From NCBI GenBank assembly GCA_965199855.1, contig OZ241326.1, positions 416,001-480,000 on the forward strand: 64,000 nt of DNA, written 5' to 3'. Below the pieces are notes generated by a model that saw nothing but the letters and a program-made list of their open reading frames with translations, was not told where the DNA came from and did no database searches. This document shows, one piece after another, positions 58,255 to 64,000 of the stretch. Position numbers and translations under genes: made by a program. The stretch comes from a bacterium (GTDB lineage: Bacteria; UBA8248). Position 1 is the first letter of the stretch, and every line of letters begins with the position of its first letter.

Positions 58255-61200
58255 CTAGAAGCTCACCTTCAGGGACGCCGAGCCGCCGTATTCGCTCGCC
58301 TCGCTCCCGCTCGCCTCGTAGTGGCCGGAGAGGGTGAGCGTCCCGTTTCGGCCCAGGGGGAGGGCGCCGCCCAGACCCAGGCGCACGGCGGAGGGCTGGA
58401 CCGCCGTCTTGAGCTCGACGTCGTCGATGCCCACGCTCGTCTCGTCGGAGAGCTCGCGCACGAGGCCCGCCGAGAAGAACAGCGTCCGCCCCGCTTCCCC
58501 CTTCTCCAGGGTGAAGCCCGCGCGCGCCTTCACGCTCCGCGCCTTCTCCACCGAAACGCGGGCGGCCGAGCCGACCGAATCCGTGAAGGCGTTCAGGTCC
58601 GCGTTCGACCAGACCAGCCCCAGGGTCGGGGTGACGGCCAGGCGGCCGCCCATGAGGGAGGAGCGGCGGCCGACCTCCACCCCGAACGCCAGCCCCTTGC
58701 CGCTGGCGTCCTTCTCCAGCGCGCCGCTGGCGGAGGACTCGAACTCCGCGTCGAACCAGGTGGCCTGCCCCGATACGTCCAGGTGGAAGCCGCCCCAGAG
58801 CCAGGTGGCCGAAGCCCCCGCGCCGATGCCGGTCACGAGCGTCTCGCCCACGCCCGACATCTTCGCCTTGCCCCGGAGGAGGTGCGCCGAGAGGCCGAGG
58901 ATCGCGCCCGCGCCCCGGAAGTCCACGCCCGCGCGTCCGCCGGCGACGTCGTAGTCGTAGCCGAGCTCCCGCGTCGAGATCGCCTTGTCGGCCGTCCATT
59001 CGCCGCTCGCGGCCTCCACGCGCGCCCAGGCGCCGTCCGCCCCGCGCGGGGCGCTCATGCGCTCCGAGAAGGTGGGCGTCCGGGTCATCGCCAGCAGGAA
59101 GGAGGGCAGCGCCTCGTAGAGCTCGCAACGCCCGTCCTGGGCTATCGAGCAGTCGAATCCTCCCACGGGAAGCTCCGAGACGTCGAACAGGGACGAATTT
59201 TCCGCGTCCCCGTCCACCGGCGCTTCCGCGAAGAAGCCGGTGGCGCGGCCCGCCTCGTCCACCTCGACGACCCGCACCCGGCTGACGCCCCGGATTCCGC
59301 CGCTCACCCGCTGAAGAGCGGCGCGCGCCGCCTGCTGCGTGGCGCTCGTCCCGCGCAGCTCGAGCGTGGTCGCCGCGTCGCCCCGAATGGCCGCGTCCGC
59401 CCCGTTCGCCTCCACGCGGCCCGCGAGGCCGATGGTCACCGTCCCGCCGCCGGTGAGACGCACCGCCGCGTCCGCGCCCGAGGCGCCCCGCACCGCGCCG
59501 TGGATGATGATGACGGCGGGCCCCGGGTCGTTCACGAGAATCGCCCGGCCCGAGGAGCCGGCGACGAGGACGCCCGTCCTGTAGACCGTGAGCCTGCCGC
59601 CGCCGCCCAGGTGCACCGCCGCGTCCGAGCCGCCCGTCACCTCGCCATGCACCATGACGTGCTGGTCGAGAATGCCTTCCGAATCCATCCCGGCGCCCGC
59701 TACGTAGACGCCCGCCAGGGCGCCCTTCACGATCGCGCCCTCGGCGATGGTGACGCGGATTCCGCCGTTCGAGTCGTGCTGCGTCCCGTAGAAGGCGCGG
59801 ACGCCGTCGCCGCCCCCGCCGTCGATGGAGCCTCCGTTCACGGCGACGCGGATGTCGCCCGTGTTGAACCTGCTTCGCAGCGCCCGCACCTCGCTCTTCC
59901 AGGCGTCCGAGGCGCCGGTCACGCCCTCGAGGGCGGCGTCCACGTCCCCGCCCGTCGCCAGCGCCCGCAGCACCGCCGCTTCCTGCTCGGAGAGGTGCCG
60001 CCTCAGGACGTCGCGCAGGATGGTCAAGCGGCCCGAGGCGGACTCGCCCAGATACGCGATGATCTCTTGGTCGCTGTAGGCGCCGTCGCCGTCCGCGTCA
60101 ATGTCGTCGCGCCCCGGAATCGCCCCCAGCCTCCTGTCGGTGAGCACCGCCCGGAAGCGCGCCACGATGGCCTCCGCCCGCGCCTTCACCGCCGCGTCGG
60201 TCGAGGCGATGTCGAGCAGGGCGGTCCGTTGCGCCGCGCTCCTGATCTCGCCCGGGTCGTCGCCCGCCCCCGCGACCCTGTTGAGTATCCGCCAGGAGAG
60301 GACCTCGGCGTCGATTCCCGCCAGCCCCTTCGCCGACCGCATGACCTCCCCCGCCTGGAACTCCTGGGCGAACTCGATGGCGTGGGCGACGCCGTTGGCG
60401 GGGGCGCCGCCGGTCCGGCCCTCCGGCAAGGTGAACGAGCCCGTCCAGACGACGTCGATGAGGGGCTCGTCCGCCGCCGCCCCCGTTCGCGCGTTCGCGT
60501 GCGGGACGGTGGCATAGACGCCCTGAAGCGCCGTGATCGCCCCGCCCTGCTCGATCCTGATGCGCCCTTTCGCGTTCCGGCGATCCGACAGATACGCCCA
60601 GAGTCCCGCGTTGTGCATCGCCGTCAGCGTGGCGCCCTTCGAGACGCTCGCCTCGGCGGAGCCGCCCTCGTTGTTGATCACCTCGACGGCGGGCCTGCTG
60701 AGCGACTCCGGGGCCTTGACCGACCCGCCCGCGACCTCGACCCTGGCGGTCGCCTCGTTCTCGGGAGCGGGAGAGTCCGCGCTGTCCTCGTTGCGCCAGC
60801 GTCCTATCTCGGCGTGAATGGCGGCGAGCCTGTTGCCGCGGATTTCGCCCGCCTCCTGCCTGACGAGGACGTCGCCCGCGCCGGCGCCCTCCTTCCGCGC
60901 CCAGACGCCGCCGGGCCCCGTGACGTCGCCCCTGTTCACGATCGTGACGTCGCCCGCGCCGTCGTCCTCGGAGAAAATGCCCACGCCGTTGAGCGCCGTG
61001 ATGGTCCCGGCGTTCTCTATGCGGAAGTCGCCCGCGCCCCCGTTCCAGACGTGGATGCCGTTCGCGGCCCCCACGTCAATGTCGGCGGCGTTGACGATCT
61101 CGGCGCCGCTCATGTTCATGGCGCCCACGCTCACGTGGATGCCGTGCGCCCCCCCCTCCGCCGTGGTGATCTCGCCTTCCGTGGCGGCGATCCGGATGGC

Positions 61201-62358
61201 GCCGCCCCCCTCCGTCGAATCGTGCGCGACGTGGATGCCGCGCGCGCCATGCCCCGACGTGGTGATGTCGCCCGAGCTCTCGACCGAGAGGCTCCCGCGG
61301 CCCATCCCCCCGTAGATTTCGACGCCGTGCGATGCCGTGCCCGACGTGGTGATGTCGCCCGAATGCTCGACCGAGACGGCGCGGGCGTCGGCGGCGCCCG
61401 CGTGATGTCTGGCGTCCACGTGAATGCCCTCCGCGTCCGCCGCGCTCGCCGTCCTGATGGTCCCGCTGTTGACGATTCTGTAGAGCCCCAGGCCGTCGGC
61501 GTCCACCTGGATGCCGCGCGCGCTCCCGGCGCTCGTGGCGATGGAGCCCGAGTTCGTGACCGTGGTCGTGGTGTCGGCGGTTCTGTCGTCGCCGCGGCCG
61601 CCGGACCAGTCCAGGACGCGGATGCCGGACTTGAGCCAGCTGGTTCCGCCCGTCTGCGCGGTCGTGATGGAGCCGGAGTTGGTGACCGAGGTGTCGCCCG
61701 AGCCCCTGGCGTCCATCAGGATGCCGAACTCCGTGGAGTGGATCGTCGCCGCGCTCGAGATGCTGTGGTCGCCCGTGTTGTCGCTCTCGATCGTGAGCAC
61801 GAAGACGCCGTATCGCTTCATCGGATTGGAGGCCGTGCCGATGTTCACCCCACTGCCCAGGGTCACCGTCGTCGAGTCGGCGGCCTTGCCGAACTGATGG
61901 ACCTGGACGCCGTGGTTCATCTGGGTGGCGTGCTCGGTGATCGTCACGTCGTTGCTGCCGTCGCCGACCCTGAGCGTGACGGCGCGCGACGCGCTGTCGC
62001 CCGACCCCTGCGCGGCGGTCCGTATGACGATGGCGGCGTTCGTCCAGGAGTTGGGGGGCGCCGGGGCGGAGATCGCCGTCGCCGACCCGCCCGTGACGGT
62101 GAGCGTGACGGGGCCGGCGACGCCGTCGCCCCAGCCGTCGGCCACGTCGTAGCGGATGCCGCTGGCGTATGCCTGGTTCGAGCAGGCGGCCGCGCCCGAG
62201 GCGAGCGCCCCGCACTGGTTCCGGGGGTCGGACGGCGTCTGCGCCCGCGCCGTCCCCGGCGCGAGGAGGAGCGCCGCCGCCAGAAGAGCGGCGGAGAGCG
62301 CGGCGCGCCCGAAACGGCGGAAAAATCCGGTTCTGCCGGGTCGTTCTGGAATGCTCAT
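58255..62358 (-). CDS. Autotransporter (type V) adhesin-like protein
   Basis: Signal peptide (ARA-Q), beta-helix-like NSGSITT/SGDITT repeats, C-terminal beta-barrel pattern ending LKVSF. Confidence 0.85.
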   Translation of the reverse strand: MSIPERPGRTGFFRRFGRAALSAALLAAALLLAPGTARAQTPSDPRNQCGALASGAAACSNQAYASGIRYDVADGWGDGVAGPVTLTVTGGSATAISAPAPPNSWTNAAIVIRTAAQGSGDSASRAVTLRVGDGSNDVTITEHATQMNHGVQVHQFGKAADSTTVTLGSGVNIGTASNPMKRYGVFVLTIESDNTGDHSISSAATIHSTEFGILMDARGSGDTSVTNSGSITTAQTGGTSWLKSGIRVLDWSGGRGDDRTADTTTTVTNSGSIATSAGSARGIQVDADGLGLYRIVNSGTIRTASAADAEGIHVDARHHAGAADARAVSVEHSGDITTSGTASHGVEIYGGMGRGSLSVESSGDITTSGHGARGIHVAHDSTEGGGAIRIAATEGEITTAEGGAHGIHVSVGAMNMSGAEIVNAADIDVGAANGIHVWNGGAGDFRIENAGTITALNGVGIFSEDDGAGDVTIVNRGDVTGPGGVWARKEGAGAGDVLVRQEAGEIRGNRLAAIHAEIGRWRNEDSADSPAPENEATARVEVAGGSVKAPESLSRPAVEVINNEGGSAEASVSKGATLTAMHNAGLWAYLSDRRNAKGRIRIEQGGAITALQGVYATVPHANARTGAAADEPLIDVVWTGSFTLPEGRTGGAPANGVAHAIEFAQEFQAGEVMRSAKGLAGIDAEVLSWRILNRVAGAGDDPGEIRSAAQRTALLDIASTDAAVKARAEAIVARFRAVLTDRRLGAIPGRDDIDADGDGAYSDQEIIAYLGESASGRLTILRDVLRRHLSEQEAAVLRALATGGDVDAALEGVTGASDAWKSEVRALRSRFNTGDIRVAVNGGSIDGGGGDGVRAFYGTQHDSNGGIRVTIAEGAIVKGALAGVYVAGAGMDSEGILDQHVMVHGEVTGGSDAAVHLGGGGRLTVYRTGVLVAGSSGRAILVNDPGPAVIIIHGAVRGASGADAAVRLTGGGTVTIGLAGRVEANGADAAIRGDAATTLELRGTSATQQAARAALQRVSGGIRGVSRVRVVEVDEAGRATGFFAEAPVDGDAENSSLFDVSELPVGGFDCSIAQDGRCELYEALPSFLLAMTRTPTFSERMSAPRGADGAWARVEAASGEWTADKAISTRELGYDYDVAGGRAGVDFRGAGAILGLSAHLLRGKAKMSGVGETLVTGIGAGASATWLWGGFHLDVSGQATWFDAEFESSASGALEKDASGKGLAFGVEVGRRSSLMGGRLAVTPTLGLVWSNADLNAFTDSVGSAARVSVEKARSVKARAGFTLEKGEAGRTLFFSAGLVRELSDETSVGIDDVELKTAVQPSAVRLGLGGALPLGRNGTLTLSGHYEASGSEASEYGGSASLKVSF

Positions 62359-62465
62359 GTCATCTCCCAAAGCTTTCGTTGACGGTTGCGTTCATCCGTA
62401 TGCCGTATGCGCGGGAAGGGCGAAGGGCAGGATGATTCGCTCGCAAGCCGGCGTAACGCGAAAAG

Positions 62466-62477
62466 CCCCCCCCCCCC
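62466..62477. repeat. C12 homopolymer upstream of the autotransporter
   Basis: 12 consecutive C on the + strand, about 110 nt upstream of the minus-strand ATG. Confidence 0.8.
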
Positions 62478-62667
62478 GATGGGGAGGGGGAACCGGACGC
62501 GAAATCGACGCCCATTTGCTACCACGACCCGCGCCGCGCGTCAACCGGCGGGGGAGGCGGGGGCTTCGCCTTCGCAGGGGCGGGGGCCCCGTGGCCGCCC
62601 GAGGCGATGATCGTCCGCCGATCGGGCTCCATCCCGGGGTGACGTGGACGCCCGAGGCGCGTCCCGC

Positions 62668-63135
62668 TCAGGGGTTCTCCCCGCTCCCCGTCCGCCTGAT
62701 GAGCTCCGTGAGGGCGGTCATCGACTCGTCGTGCTGGTGCTTCAGCGCCGCCATCGCCTCCTCGTGCCGCTTCTGGGATTCTTCCCGTTCACCGGCGAGG
62801 GCGGTCATCGACTCGTCGTGCTGACGCTTCAGCGCGGTCATCACCTCCTCGTGCCGCTTCTGGGAAGCCGCCCGCTCCTCGGCGAGAGCGGCCATCGTCT
62901 CTTCGTGTCGTTTTTCCGAGGCCGCCTGCTCCGCGGCGAGCGCCGCCATCACCTCCTCGTGCTGACGCTCGGAGAGCGCCGCGCGCCGCGCGCCGCCGCG
63001 CTCCATGAGGCGAAGGCCGTAGGCGATCAGGGCGACCTGCAAAAGACCGATCGCGTATTGTCCGATGACCCCCCACTTCTGAAACTGGATTGTCGCGTTC
63101 TGAAACTCGATCGTCGCCAGTTCAAATTCCGTCAT
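62668..63135 (-). CDS. Single-TM protein with tandem (R/Q)H(E/D)ExMxAL coiled-coil repeats
   Basis: One hydrophobic segment followed by six copies of the motif. Confidence 0.7.
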   Translation of the reverse strand: MTEFELATIEFQNATIQFQKWGVIGQYAIGLLQVALIAYGLRLMERGGARRAALSERQHEEVMAALAAEQAASEKRHEETMAALAEERAASQKRHEEVMTALKRQHDESMTALAGEREESQKRHEEAMAALKHQHDESMTALTELIRRTGSGENP

Positions 63136-63229
63136 CGTCCGTCTCCCCGCTCCCGGTTCGCGCATTCACGCCGGAGGATCCCGCATATCATACGAGATCG
63201 GGAGCGGCGCGGCAACGCCAATCCCCGAT

Positions 63230-63388
63230 GGGGCGCATATATGCGTCCCGCGCTTTTTGGCGTTGAATGCGCGGCGGGTCGTTCCCGAACGCCCCCTACG
63301 GGCGAAATGCGCGAAGGAGGGCCGCGGGGGCGGGATTTCGCAGGGGCGGCCCCTCCTCGGGGACGCCCCGCAACCCGCGAACCGCCCG
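63230..63388. repeat. Small cluster of the same REP-like hairpins
   Basis: GGGCGCATATATGCGTCCC, GGGTCGTTCCCGAACGCCCCCTAC, GCAGGGGCGGCC...GAACCGCCC match units of the 55.8-58.1 kb array. Confidence 0.75.
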
Positions 63389-63395
63389 CTCCGCG

Positions 63396-64000
63396 TCAGT
63401 CTTCTCTCGACCTGAATTTTTTGTAGGCGACCGGGATGAGGGAGAGGACGGCGAGTCCCCCCAGGGCGAGGAGCACCCGGGGCGTCAGGACGCTCTCGAC
63501 GGAGAACGCGCCGCCCGCCTCGAAGATGTCGCCCAGGCCCGCCCCCACCGAGGCGAAGACGAAGGAGCCGGGGATGATGCCGATGAGGGTGCCGACGAAA
63601 TAGACGCCGGGGGAGACCCCCAGAAAGGCGGGTGCCAGGTTCACCACGAAGAAGGGGAACAGGGGCACGAGCCGGAGGACGAGCAGGTAGCTCAGCGCGT
63701 TCTTCCGAAAGCCGCGCTCCATCTTCCGAAGCCAGGGCCCGGCCCGCGCGCGCAGGGGGTCGCCCAGCGCCGTCTTCGCCGCCATGAAGAGCAGAAGCGC
63801 GCCGCTCGTCGCGCCGACGACGATGTAGAGCGCCCCCCAGAGGGTTCCGAACAGGAAGCCGCCGGTGATGCTCATCACCGCGCCCCCGGGCAGGGAGAAG
63901 GCCGTGACGGCGGTGTAGGCCAGCACGTAGGCGAGGACGGCGAGCGCCCCGTTCGCGCGCACCCACCCCTGGAGCGCCTCGCGGTTCTCGCGCAGCGCCT
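63396..64000 (-). CDS. TVP38/TMEM64 (VTT/DedA superfamily) membrane protein, 5' truncated by window
   Basis: SLPGG, GGFLFG, LRLVPLFPFFVVN, GTLIGIIPG. Confidence 0.88.
   Translation of the reverse strand, partial: ALRENREALQGWVRANGALAVLAYVLAYTAVTAFSLPGGAVMSITGGFLFGTLWGALYIVVGATSGALLLFMAAKTALGDPLRARAGPWLRKMERGFRKNALSYLLVLRLVPLFPFFVVNLAPAFLGVSPGVYFVGTLIGIIPGSFVFASVGAGLGDIFEAGGAFSVESVLTPRVLLALGGLAVLSLIPVAYKKFRSRED

Noticed and set aside
57991-62382. 1463-aa plus-strand ORF and other long antisense ORFs (e.g. 49570-52989, 24016-26574, 33340-35529)
   Set aside because: Shadow ORFs of real genes caused by high GC; Arg/Ala/Gly-rich with no motifs

Overview
High-GC bacterial chromosomal window, mostly housekeeping genes: tungstate-type ABC transporter, an isolated dnaN, thrC-like/PTPS/SDR cluster, ridA-purE-tsaC, rarA, yicC-gmk-coaBC-udg, rqcH, hemW, a sigma-54 GAF activator, rimK-like, proA, a full A-type cytochrome c oxidase operon, tRNA-Arg(ACG), a sodium:solute symporter cluster, a double-domain ThyX, an RND pump and a large autotransporter. 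Most interesting: (1) an AT-rich hicA - DUF3467-like - hicB three-gene cassette, in which HicB has an extended C-terminal tail, directly behind a fused Type IIG-like restriction-methyltransferase (candidate tripartite, TAC-like defence module); (2) two inverted copies, about 9.8 kb apart, of a 21-bp-period repeat plus TCAACT(T/C)ATTGAAAA box; (3) a 2.35-kb mosaic of several GTAG-type REP hairpins and dRS3-like palindromes with nested and collapsed units; (4) a PTPS-II plus sepiapterin-reductase-like pair suggesting tetrahydrobiopterin synthesis. Three frameshifted or decayed genes are also visible. All family calls come from motif recognition by eye; no database search was run.
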